A program made the translations under genes and the position numbers. The notes beneath the pieces were generated by a model. That model was not told the origin of the DNA and made no database searches. It saw only the letters and a list, made by a program, of their open reading frames with translations. A stretch of 20,630 nucleotides of DNA from Octopus sinensis (taxonomy: Eukaryota): positions 1 to 20,630 of the forward strand of contig NW_021823952.1 in the NCBI RefSeq assembly GCF_006345805.1. Direction: 5' to 3'. Below are positions 1 through 9,314 of the stretch, in pieces (within the stretch, counting starts at the first letter, position 1; each line of letters starts with the position of its first letter).

Positions 1-298
1 CACACACACATAGGCATACAATGCATACTCACAAACAAATACATACACACTAGGCATACAATGTACACTTACACACGACACACACATCACGCAATACACA
101 CCACATAGGCATAGCATACAATGTATACTCACACACCACACACGCAAACACCCACACACTTACACGCAAATAACCACACACACATAGGCATACAAGTAGA
201 CTCACACACACACATACACGCAATACACACACACACACCACACACCACACACCTACACACATAGGATACAATGCATACTCGCACACTCACACACACCA
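1..298. repeat. (CA)n-rich low-complexity tract with 5 embedded copies of a TAGGCATACAATG(C/T)ATACTC-like motif
   Basis: Motif variants at about 11, 51, 106, 185 and 262, separated by degenerate CA repeats. Confidence 0.85.
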
Positions 299-680
299 GA
301 GCACGGGAGAAGTAGAGGCTGATGGAGTTTCTTTTGTAGCAGATAGAGCGATAGAAAAGGAGAGAGAAGGGGTGGAAGATGTAGTGGGGAGAAAGGGTGA
401 TAGGTGGAGTGAGTGAGACAAATACAGAGATAAGATGAGAGGAGAGAGAGAGAGATAGAGGTGAGATAGAAAGACAGACGGATGATAGAGAGAGGGAACT
501 GGTGAAGTAGGGAGAGTAGGGAGAGTAAGAAATATAGAGAAGGTGGAAGTAAGATATAATGATAGATTTAGAGATATAGATAAATAGATAGAGAGGGAGA
601 GGGGAAAAAGAGAGAGAGGAAGAGGAGAGATGGGGAGAAGATAGAGAGATAGATGTGAAGAGACTGAATAGAAAAAAAAA
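299..680. repeat. Purine-rich (GA/AG) low-complexity tract
   Basis: Almost entirely A/G on the + strand; explains the minus-strand Ser/Leu-rich pseudo-ORFs. Confidence 0.85.
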
Positions 681-1080
681 AACAAAAAACAAAAACAAGA
701 TAATGGAATGAAACCCTTAATTTTTTTTTTGCACTACATAAATATAAAAATATTTTCCTTTAAAAGATTACAGCAATTTTGACACCAAAACATAAAAATC
801 TGAGTAATTTTATACAATTCTAAACCATTAATGTAACAGAGTTTTATATTTTGTAAAAATGATAAAAGAAAAAAAATCATTTAAATTGTAGTAAACATCT
901 TTTTCGATTTATGAACTTGAAAAGTTCATTTAATTGTATACATATCTTGTGTTTGGGTATGGATATGTAGGATGTATGGATGGATGGATATGGATATACT
1001 TATGTATAATATATATGTTCATGCATACTATATATATATATATATAATAAATATATATATATTATATATATAGATATATA

Positions 1081-1472
1081 GGTGCAGGAGTGGCTGTGTG
1101 GTAAGTAGCTTGTTACCAACCACATGGTCCGGGTTCATCCCACTGCGTGGCACCTTGGGAAAGTGTCTTCTACTATAGCCCTCGGGCCGACCAAAACCTT
1201 GGGAGTGGATTTGGTAGATGGAAACTGAAAGAAGCCTGTCGTATATATGTATATATATATATATATATATTTGTGTTTGTCCCCCTAGCATTGCTTGACA
1301 ACCGAAAGCTGGTGTGTTTACGTCCCCGTAACTTAGCGGTTCGGCAAAGGAGACCAATATAATAACTACTAGGCTTACAAAAAATAAGTCCCGGGGTGGA
1401 GTTGCTCGATTAAAGGTGGTGCTTCAGCATGGCCGCAGTCAAATGACTGAAACAAGTAAAAGAGTAAAAGAG
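1081..1472 (+). mobile_element. tRNA-derived SINE, family A, full length (internal (TA)n, AAAAGAGT tail)
   Basis: A-box-like TGGCTGTGTGG and B-box-like GGTTCA(G)TCCC head; collinear with the copy at 5893-6298 and the minus-strand copies. Confidence 0.9.
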
Positions 1473-1500
1473 AATATAGATATATATAGAGAGAAGGATA

Positions 1501-1665
1501 GGTGCAGGCATGGCTGCATGGTAAGAAGCTTGCTTCCCAACCACATGGTTCCAGGTTCAGTCCCACTGTATGTCACCTTGAGCAAGTGTCTTCCACTATA
1601 ACCTTAGGCCCACCCAAGCAGTTTGAAGGATGGATTGGTAGACGGAAACTGACAGAAGTTCGTTG

Positions 1666-1669
<4 letters not shown>
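1501..1669 (+). mobile_element. SINE family A, 5' half
   Basis: Diverged match to 1081-1240; ends in the (TA)n tract. Confidence 0.85.
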
Positions 1670-1710
<41 letters not shown>

Positions 1711-1789
1711 TGTTTCATTCGGTTTGTCAGGTCAAAGGTTAGGGAAGTGCATGAGTGTGTGAACAACTGTTGAATTCTGCAGATTCCCA

Positions 1790-3170
1790 TGAAGTGAAGC
1801 TGAAAACACTGTTCTGATTTTCATCTTGAGGAGAGTATCCTTATTTTTGGCCTTGCTGCTACAGCCCCCACAGAACCAGATCCACAAGGAATCTACTTAC
1901 TTATGTCCCCCACCAGTAAGTTCTCATTTTATAGAAGAAATAAGGTAAAAGCAATATTGTTATTCTATACAACAGCAAAGCCTTTGACCACGTCTGGCAT
2001 ATGACTTTCTAATCAAAAATTCCCATCCATGACTCTACCCACCTCTCATCTCTTGGATCACTAGATTCCTGTCTGATCACATCATAGCAGCAATGTCTTG
2101 ATTTGTCTCCCATTCTCAATCAACTCTGCTGTTTTCTAGGGTTTGGATTTGTCCCCGACTCTCTTCCTTCTGCACATCAATGTCCTACATTTAACAATGC
2201 CCACCCTTATGCAGATGGTCCTTCATTCCTCCCTAAAACTTTCCCTGACCATGCAACATCCACATGCTAAACTTGCATTGAGTCCGTAAATAGAAACCTT
2301 GAGAACATTTCTCAGCAGGACCACACTAATCTTGTCTCTTTCAATGGCTACAAAACTCAAGCACAACTCGTATCCCACGGACTCTATGAACAGAAATTTG
2401 AAAAGCATCTCCCTATGGGGATATGCTAACCTTGTGTCTTTCAGCAAGAAAAAATAAACATTAACCGTCAAGAAAACACCGCTGCATTCCGCCCATACAC
2501 CAATGTCACTTGTGGAGGCACATGGCCTAGTGGTTAGAGCAGCAGACTCGTGGTCAAGGGATCATGGGTTCAAATCTCAGATCAGGCGGTGTGTGTGTTT
2601 ATGAGCGAAACACCTAAGCTCCATGCAGCTCCGGCAGAATCTAATGGCGAACTTCTGCTGACTCTTTCGCTACAACTTTCTCTCACTCTTTCCTCCTACA
2701 TCTTGCAGCTCACCTGCGATGGACCAGCATCCCATCCAGGTGGGGAACCTATACGCTAATGAAACTGAGAAACTGGCCCTTATGAACCAGGCATAGCTCG
2801 AGAAGGAACCAATGTCACTTGATTTGAAATCTCATACTCACTCCAAACACTGGGCCTCACTTTTTCATGTAAGATGTCTGCCAGTGAAAGCACATCTTTT
2901 ACAAAGCTAGGATCATATCTCAAAGACTGGTCCTTCTTTTCGGGGCCAGAAAAAAATTTCAGCCTCCAACAGCTGTTGATATTCTCTCCAGATAAACTCA
3001 GAGATGCTGTCTGCAAGAGACTCTGGTCAGTGCTTTGTGAAATGAGTGTGCAATAGAATCAGTAGTGCAGGGCCCAAAAAAATACTTAGCCCTCAGCAAA
3101 CTGTCTATAGCACCAACCCGAGAGCAGAAGTCACAGACCACATGGCCTTCACATCAGTTGCGTGAATAGT
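1790..3170 (+). pseudogene. Decayed CR1-group/Jockey-like LINE ORF2 (reverse transcriptase and C-terminal region), interrupted by a SINE
   Basis: Manual translation across stops and frameshifts: RSTRNLLTYVPHQ (1878), SKAFDHVWH (1974), SWITRFLSD, PFSINSAVF*GLDLSPTLFLLHINVL (2110), HPYADG (YAD at 2208), NLENISQQDHTNLVSFNGYKTQ (2295), LGLTFS (2850), KHI...SQRLVLLFGARKKF (about 2890-2960). The motif order matches non-LTR RT. The 3' limit is uncertain. Confidence 0.85.
2513..2807 (+). mobile_element. tRNA-derived SINE (family D) with a V-domain-like central segment and a 14-bp TSD
   Basis: A box TGGCCTAGTGG, B box GGTTCAAATC; CCTGCGATGGACCAGCATCCCATCCAGG resembles the V-SINE central domain; TSD ACCAATGTCACTTG at 2499-2512 and 2808-2821. 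Confidence 0.9.
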
Positions 3171-3350
3171 GCAGCAACGGCAAGGTTAGCAGTGATGGAA
3201 AAGAGTAAGAATGTAGGGGTCAAGAGAAAGAAACATGAAAGCAGAAAGAACCAGAAGGGAAACTGAGTCTATGTTTACATGAGGAAACATCTCTTTAACC
3301 CTTTCGTTACTGGATTTATTTTGAAATGCTTTGTGTTTCTTTCAATTACT

Positions 3351-3578
3351 TTAACCCTTTCGTGACCACCCCGGCTGAAACCACTTCTGGCTCTGAGTAC
3401 AAATGTCTTGTTTTCATAAGTTTTGAATTAAAAATCGCTCACCAAACCTTAGTCACAATTATGTTCCCAACACTAGCTTAATGATAACTAAGTTATTTTA
3501 CTAAATTCTTTGTTATATTTAGAATAATTGAAAGAAACACAGAGCATCTCAAGAGAAATATGGTAACGAAAGGGTTAA
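3351..3578 (+). mobile_element. Same TTAA MITE, inserted copy 1 (220 bp)
   Basis: TTAA-CCCTTTCG...GTAACGAAAGGG-TTAA. Confidence 0.9.
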
Positions 3579-3601
3579 AATATATAATAGAGGAACAATT
3601 C

Positions 3602-3811
3602 TTAACCCTTTCATTACCAACACGGTTGAAACTGGCTCTGGCTCTGAGTACAAATGTCTTGTTTTCATAAGTTTTGAATTAAAATCTTCCACCAAACCGA
3701 AGTCACAATTTATTTTCCTAACACTAGCTTTTACTAAATTCTTTGTTATATTTAAAGTAATTGAAAGAAACACAGAGCATCTCAAAATAAATACAGTAAC
3801 AAAAGGGTTAA
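3602..3811 (+). mobile_element. Same TTAA MITE, inserted copy 2 (202 bp, 18-bp internal deletion)
   Basis: TTAA-CCCTTTCA...GTAACAAAAGGG-TTAA; lacks AATGATAACTAAGTTATT. Confidence 0.9.
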
Positions 3812-4099
3812 ATATGACAAAGAATTTAGTAAAATAACTTAGTTATCATTAAGCTAGTGTTAGGAACATGAATTGTGACTAAGGCTTGGTGGAAGATTTT
3901 AATTCAGAACTTATGAAGACAAGACATTTGTACTCAGAGCCAGAGCCGGTTTCAGCCGGGTTGGTAAAGAAAGGGTTAAGAAAGTATAGTAAGTACTCAG
4001 GATTTGGGATTAGGGTGGAGGTTTTTACCATTAGATAATACCCGTTCAACAACAAAGTTGTTATTTAGTAGAACCAAGTTCTACAACTTTAGCGTAAGA

Positions 4100-4300
4100 T
4101 CTCAGAGCAATTTTTAACAAAGCCATATTTCCTCATAGAGTGCAATGTTCCAATACAGACTTAATATGGAGGGGAAACTGATCAACAGAGATTTTAGTGG
4201 GAAACAAAGATGTGGTAAACCTTCAGAGAGTTGAAGCAGATTTCATGAAAAAATTCAAAGCCACTCACAACATAATTCAACAAGAACAAATTAACAAGCA
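4100..4300 (+). pseudogene. Possible highly decayed CR1/L2 ORF2 C-terminal fragment
   Basis: KAIFPH..ECNVPI and KDVVNLQRVEADFMKKF loosely resemble the YKALVRPHLEY...DI..LE.VQR.FTK motif. Confidence 0.35.
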
Positions 4301-4369
4301 GCATGGACCACTCATTTCTTAATTAATTAATTAAATTTTGGCTTATCTCTTTATCCATCCATCTTTGTA

Positions 4370-4918
4370 TATCTCCCCAGCTATACCTTTACTTATCCAC
4401 CCATCCATCCATCCCTCCACCCAGCCATCCACCCACCCATCCATCCATCCATCCATCCATCCATCCATCCATCCATCTATCCATCTACCTATCTATCTAT
4501 CTACGTACCTATCTACGTAACTACCTATCTATCCATCCATCCATCCATCCATCCATCCATCCATCCATCTATCCATCTACCTATCTATCTATCTATCTAC
4601 GTACCTATCTACGTAACTACCTATCTATCCATCCATCCATCCATCCATCTATCCATCTACCTATCTATCTATCTATCTATCTACGTACCTATCTACGTAA
4701 CTACCTATCTATCTATCCATCCATCCATCCATCCATCCATCCATCTATCCATCTACCTATCTATCTATCTACGTACCTATCTACGTAACTACCTATCTAT
4801 CCATCCATCCATCCATCCATCCATCCATCTATCCATCTACCTATCTATCTATCTACGTACCTATCTACGTAACTACCTATCTACCTATCTATCCATCCAT
4901 CCATCCATCCATCCATCT
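4370..4918. repeat. Compound (ATCC)n/(ATCT)n satellite with 5 higher-order units
   Basis: Marker TACGTACCTATCTACGTAACTACC at 4502, 4598, 4682, 4770 and 4854 (periods 96, 84, 88, 84). Confidence 0.9.
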
Positions 4919-5120
4919 GCCTCTCCATATCCCTGTCTAAATATCCACCTCACCTCGCTCTATCACCCCATCTATCAATATGGTTAAACATTAAAGCTTA
5001 AACTAAAAACAAGCCTCAGTTTCTTAATAACAAAGACACCATATATATATATACACACACACACACACAAACACACATATATACATATATATATGTACAC
5101 ATACACACACATGCATATAT

Positions 5121-5535
5121 TGGTAAAAATGGTAAGATAACAAAAGAAAGAAAGAGACCTCAATATTATGTAAATGGAGGAATTTTATCTGTAAAATAAT
5201 ATGTTACAATTACTCGATAGTCAAGATAAAACTCTGAGTTTCAGATGCCAAAGTGGAAATCCACAACACCATCTCTTCGGTTATCTGGTCATCTCATACA
5301 TAAATACATACATACACACATACATATACATGCATACACACATACATACATACATACACACGCATACAAACACACACACACACACACACATATCAAACAA
5401 ACTACTCCAAATGATTGATCCATTAGAGATGACCAGATAACCGAAGAGATGGTGTTGTGGATTTCCACTTCGGCATCTGAAACTCAGAGTTTTATCTTGA
5501 CTATTGAGTAATTGTAACATATTATTTTATAGATA
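5121..5535. mobile_element. Penelope-like pseudo-LTR-type element with a 110-bp partial inverted duplication
   Basis: Arms 5186-5295 and 5426-5535, 3 mismatches; flanked by TA/CA microsatellite; each arm has a hammerhead-like motif. The Penelope assignment is inference. Confidence 0.6.
5435..5497 (+). ncRNA. Hammerhead-like motif, atypical core (mirror copy on the minus strand at 5224-5286)
   Basis: AGATAA-CCGAAGA-GATG...CATC-T-GAAA-CTCAGAG-T-T-TTATCT: 6-bp stem I, stem II with an inner GTGGA/TCCAC hairpin, palindromic stem III. Confidence 0.5.
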
Positions 5536-5663
5536 TCTATATATATATATATGTATGGAAGTGTGAGTGTGTATTGATTGAAACATATGTCGGTGATATG
5601 GTGATATAAATGATTTAAATAACAACTTGAGCGTTTGTCTCCATTTTCCATTATTTATATATA

Positions 5664-5780
5664 TCATAATCATCATCATCATCATCATCGTTTAGCGTCC
5701 GCTTTCCACGCTAGCATGGGTTGGACGGTTCAACTGTGGTCTGGGAAGCCAGAAGGCTGCACCAGGCCCAGTCTGATCTG
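5664..5780 (-). mobile_element. (GAT)n-tailed retroelement family C (RTE-type tail), 3' fragment
   Basis: (CAT)n-CGTTTARCGTCCGYTTTCCAYGCTAGCATGGGTTGGACGG shared with 6 other copies in the window. Confidence 0.85.
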
Positions 5781-5854
5781 ACAATACTACCAAGTAAGTT
5801 AGGGGTTGTGGATCCAGAACCAACTAATATGCTTTTCCATTTTCTTATTTGTAA

Positions 5855-5892
<38 letters not shown>

Positions 5893-6298
5893 GGCGCAGG
5901 AGTGGCTGTGTGGTAAGTAGCTTGTTTACCAACCACATGGTTCCGGGTTCAGTCCCACTGCGTGGCACCTTGGGCTAGTGTCTTCTACTATAGCCTCGGG
6001 CCGACCAAAGCCTTGTGAGTGGATTTGGTAGATCGGAAACTGAAAGAAGCCCATCGTATATATGTATATATATATATGTGTGTGTGCATGTGTTTGTGAG
6101 TCTGTGTTTGTCTCCCTAGCATTGCTTGACAACCGAAAGCTGGTGTGTTTATGTCCCTGTCACCTAGCGGTTCGGCAAAAGAGACTGATAGAATAAGTAC
6201 TGGGCTTACAAAAGAATAAGTCCCAGGGTCGAGTTGCTTGATTAAAGGCGGTGCTCCAGCATGGCCGAAGTCAAATGACTGAAAAAAGTGTAAAGAGT
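5893..6298 (+). mobile_element. SINE family A, full length
   Basis: GGCGCAGGAGTGGCTGTGTGG head, GGTTCAGTCCC B box, internal TA/TG tract, tail. Confidence 0.92.
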
Positions 6299-6326
6299 AT
6301 ATTCATATACATACATACATATATAC

Positions 6327-6357
<31 letters not shown>

Positions 6358-6416
6358 CATACATACATACATACATACATACACACGCACACACACACGT
6401 GCACACACACACACAC

Positions 6417-6784
6417 ATATCAAACAAACTACTCCCAATGATTGATCCATTAGAGGTGGAGACTGGACCGCCCACTTTGTAATGACATCGAGTCGTATAA
6501 GCTGGAATAATGAAAGCAAATCAAACAGTGATGTTGTGAAATCATTCAATATGGATGTTCCAGGTGTGCATAATATATAACAATAGGTAAATGCTGGGAA
6601 GTATTTCCTGTTATATATTACACAAACCTGAAACACACATATTAAATGATTTCCAAAATATCACCATTTCGTTGGACTTCATTATTGCAACTCATACAAC
6701 TTGATGCCATTACAAACTAGACAGACTCTCCAGACTCCATATATGGGCATACACTGACAACAATTTGGAGTAGTTTGTGACATT
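6417..6784. repeat. Old, near-contiguous palindrome (about 180-bp arms, 4-nt centre at 6596-6599)
   Basis: For example TTCATTATTCCAGCTTATACGACTCGATGTCATTACAAA (minus strand of the left arm) vs TTCATTATTGCAACTCATACAACTTGATGCCATTACAAA (right arm); about 80% identity by hand over a 100-bp core. Confidence 0.8.
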
Positions 6785-6850
6785 TTATACAAGTCTAAAA
6801 TTTTGGTACTGTGCATTGCTTATTATTAGCATATATGTATATATATATAT

Positions 6851-7140
6851 CCGGGACCCCCTTCGGTCACGACACTGACCATGGGATTGCACCTAGAAAG
6901 TTACCCTCCTAGTCACAAGTCTGGGCAAGGTGGTTTATAGAAGACCAGCAGTCACTCATGCATACCGGCTTCCCCTCTCCATGCCACCAGTGTTATCCAA
7001 GGGAAAGGCAAAGGGGCCGATACAGCTTGGCACCCGTGACGTCGCAACTCATTTCTACAGCTGAGCGAAGTGGAGCAACGTGAAATAAAGTGTCTTGCTC
7101 AAGAACACAACACGCAGCCCGGTCCGGGATTCGAGCTCAC
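6851..7140 (-). mobile_element. 5'-truncated tRNA-derived SINE (family E)
   Basis: Minus strand starts GTGAGCTCGAATCCCGGACCGGGCTGCGTGTTGTGTTCTTGAGCAAGACAC (B-box-like, followed by a typical SINE post-head segment). Confidence 0.7.
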
Positions 7141-7159
7141 AAAAAAAAAAATATGTATA

Positions 7160-7305
7160 TCATCATCATCATCATCGTCGTTTAACGTCCGTTCTCCATG
7201 CTAGCATGGGTTGGACGGTTCGACCGGGGTTCTGGGAAGCCAGAAGGCTGCACCAGGCTCCAGTCTAATCTGGCAATGTTTCTACAGCTGGATGCCCTTC
7301 CTAAC
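7160..7305 (-). mobile_element. Family C retroelement fragment
   Basis: Near-identical to 15123-15260. Confidence 0.85.
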
Positions 7306-7325
7306 CCTATATATATATATATATA

Positions 7326-7393
<68 letters not shown>

Positions 7394-7394
<1 letters not shown>

Positions 7395-7863
7395 CATCAT
7401 CATCATCATCGTTTAACGTCCGCTTTCCATGCTGGCATGGGTTGGACGATTTTGACTGAGGGCTGGCGAACCACATGGCTGCACCAGGCCCCAATCTTGA
7501 TCTGGCAGAGTTTCTACAGCTGGATGCCTTTCCTAATGCCAACCACTACAAGAGTGTAATGGGTGTTATTATGTGCCACCAGCATGAGTGCCATTTGCAC
7601 GACACCAGTATCTGCCATGACTGCGGTTTTACTCGGCTTGAGGGGTCTTCTTTTCAAGCACAGCCTGATGCCAAATGGACTCAGTCATTGCCTCCATGAG
7701 ACCCAACACTTGAAGCACAGCCTAATGCCAAATGGACTTGGGCCTTGCCTCTATGAAGCCCAGCATAATCAGTCCTTGCCTCCATGAGGCCCAACACTTG
7801 AAGCCCGTCATAATGCCAAAGGTATCGGTCATTACCTTTGTGAGGCCCAACATTCAAAAGGAG
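7394..7863 (-). mobile_element. Family C retroelement, longer copy with internal 57-bp tandem units
   Basis: (CAT)n tail and shared body; units start at 7656 and 7713, partial unit to about 7805. Confidence 0.8.
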
Positions 7864-8139
7864 TACATGCATGTATATATGTATGTATGTTATTTTTTCA
7901 ATTATTATATCTCAATTATTATATTTCAATTATCTTACTGGATTTTGCAGGCCTACTTGGAGTATTCAGTCAATATACATTTTCTTTTCCAAGCCTGTTA
8001 TTAACCCTGTTGATCTTTTTCTGCTAAACCTAGTTCCAAGGACACAAAGGGATGAAGCAATCACGAAACAATAGGGAAACAAATACAAAAACACAACACA
8101 TGCTCACACAGACTTACATTTAGTCTTCTTCTGAAGAAT

Positions 8140-8417
8140 TCACTCACAAGGCATTGGACAAGCTATTATATTGGTCAGGACGCCATGATAGATCGTTAGC
8201 TCCTACACGCATTTTTTTCTCTCCTTGTTTTTTCTCTGTGTATCTTTCTGTTGAAGAGCGTAGGCTTAAAACGTAAAAGACTTTTTCTATTTATATTCCT
8301 GAGTGCCATACTAATACATTTGTTTGTTTGTACTCCACCTGCCTTCGTCTTTTGTTTATTTTCGTAAACTTTTCCTATTATATAAGACACTTGCCCAAGG
8401 GGCAGTGGGATTGAAGC
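8140..8417 (-). mobile_element. Degenerate SINE family A fragment, interrupted at 8172-8374
   Basis: CACTCACAAGGCATTGG...|...AAGACACTTGCCCAAGG are contiguous in other family A copies. Confidence 0.7.
8172..8374 (+). mobile_element. 203-bp Penelope-like pLTR-type insertion with a 9-bp TSD and a decayed hammerhead-like motif
   Basis: TSD CTATTATAT at 8163-8171 and 8375-8383; TCTTT-CTGTTGA-A-GAGC-GTAG-GCTT-AAAA-CG-T-A-AAAGA at 8243-8280. Confidence 0.65.
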
Positions 8418-8513
8418 AAAAGCCATATATGGCAAGGAAGTGATCGTCTTACATATATATACACCTACACACAGCCATATTATGTATATATATATATTAT
8501 ATGAAGATATGTA

Positions 8514-8860
8514 TTCTTATTCTTTTATACATTTCAATCATTTGACTGTAGCCTTGCTGGAGCACCGCCTTAAAGGGTTTTAGTCGAAGAAGTGGACCCT
8601 AGGACTTGTCCCTTGTAAGCCTAGTACTTATTCTATCAGTCTCTTTTGCTGAACTACTAAGTTACAGGGGCATATACACACCAACATCAATTGAACACAC
8701 ACACACAGACACACATACATATATATGACAGGCTTCTTTCAGTTTTAATCAGCCAAATCCACTCACAAGGCTTTGGTTGGCCCGAGGCTATAGTAGAAAA
8801 CACTTGCCCAAGGTGCTACTTAGTGGGACTGAACCTGGAACCACAGAGCCATGCCTGCAC
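8514..8860 (-). mobile_element. SINE family A with an internal deletion near the head
   Basis: Reverse-complement match to 5893-6298. Confidence 0.85.
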
Positions 8861-9314
8861 ATATATATACTGGGGTTGATTCATGTGATTAAAATTCTTC
8901 AAGGGGGTGCCCCAGTCTATAGACTGAAACTAATAAAAGAATATATATATGTATATGTACATATAAGAAAGAGAGAGATATGAAGGAATTCCTGAAGTAA
9001 ATCCAGTGGTATATACATCCATATTGTTGATGACATCAGGTAGCCGGTTACAGCAATTAGGCTTTAAATGGCATACTACAGGTCTATATCCAAATTAAAA
9101 ATTATTACTTACATATATACATACAAATACCTCTTTAACCACTCTGTAGTAACTCAACTCACCCAACAAGACAGCTGAGTGATGATTGATTGATAATCAC
9201 CGTAAAGCATGTAGTCCATACTATAACACTTGTACTCCTGTGGGATTAGTAAATCCAAAGTTTGCTTCTGAAGATTCGAGAGTATAGTATCGAACACAAT
9301 GAAGAATGAAGAAT

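Larger units (their letters stand above)
3295..3979 (-). mobile_element. 220-bp TTAA-flanked (piggyBac-type) MITE, host copy split at an internal TTAA
   Basis: TIRs CCCTTTCGTTAC / GTAAAGAAAGGG; TTAA at 3295 and 3976; pieces 3299-3354 and 3812-3975 together are the reverse complement of the inserted copies. Confidence 0.85.

Noticed and set aside
50-698. ORFs of 78-189 aa rich in C/V or S/L
   Set aside because: Translations of CA and GA low-complexity tracts.
2223-3016. Minus-strand ORFs 2223-2471 and 2780-3016 as a split gene
   Set aside because: They are antisense shadows of the plus-strand CR1-group RT relic.
4490-4890. CRISPR-like constant repeat with spacers
   Set aside because: The spacers are just ATCC/ATCT runs, the context is eukaryotic, and there are no cas genes.
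6271-6636. 121-aa minus-strand ORF with a good TTTCAG acceptor
   Set aside because: It lies in a palindrome arm and runs into microsatellite; arm-to-arm substitutions show no coding bias.
7951-8027. Plus-strand terminal exon encoding a GPI-signal-like tail (GLLGVFSQYTFSFPSLLLTLLIFFC*)
   Set aside because: The opposite strand reads KRSTGLITGLEKKMYID*ILQVGL, like the CR1 RRATKLIPGL..LSYEERL..LGL motif. The hydrophobic peptide is probably an antisense artefact, and no upstream exons were found.
9262-9295. CTGAAGA...TCGAACAC as a further hammerhead
   Set aside because: GAAA and stems II/III do not form properly.
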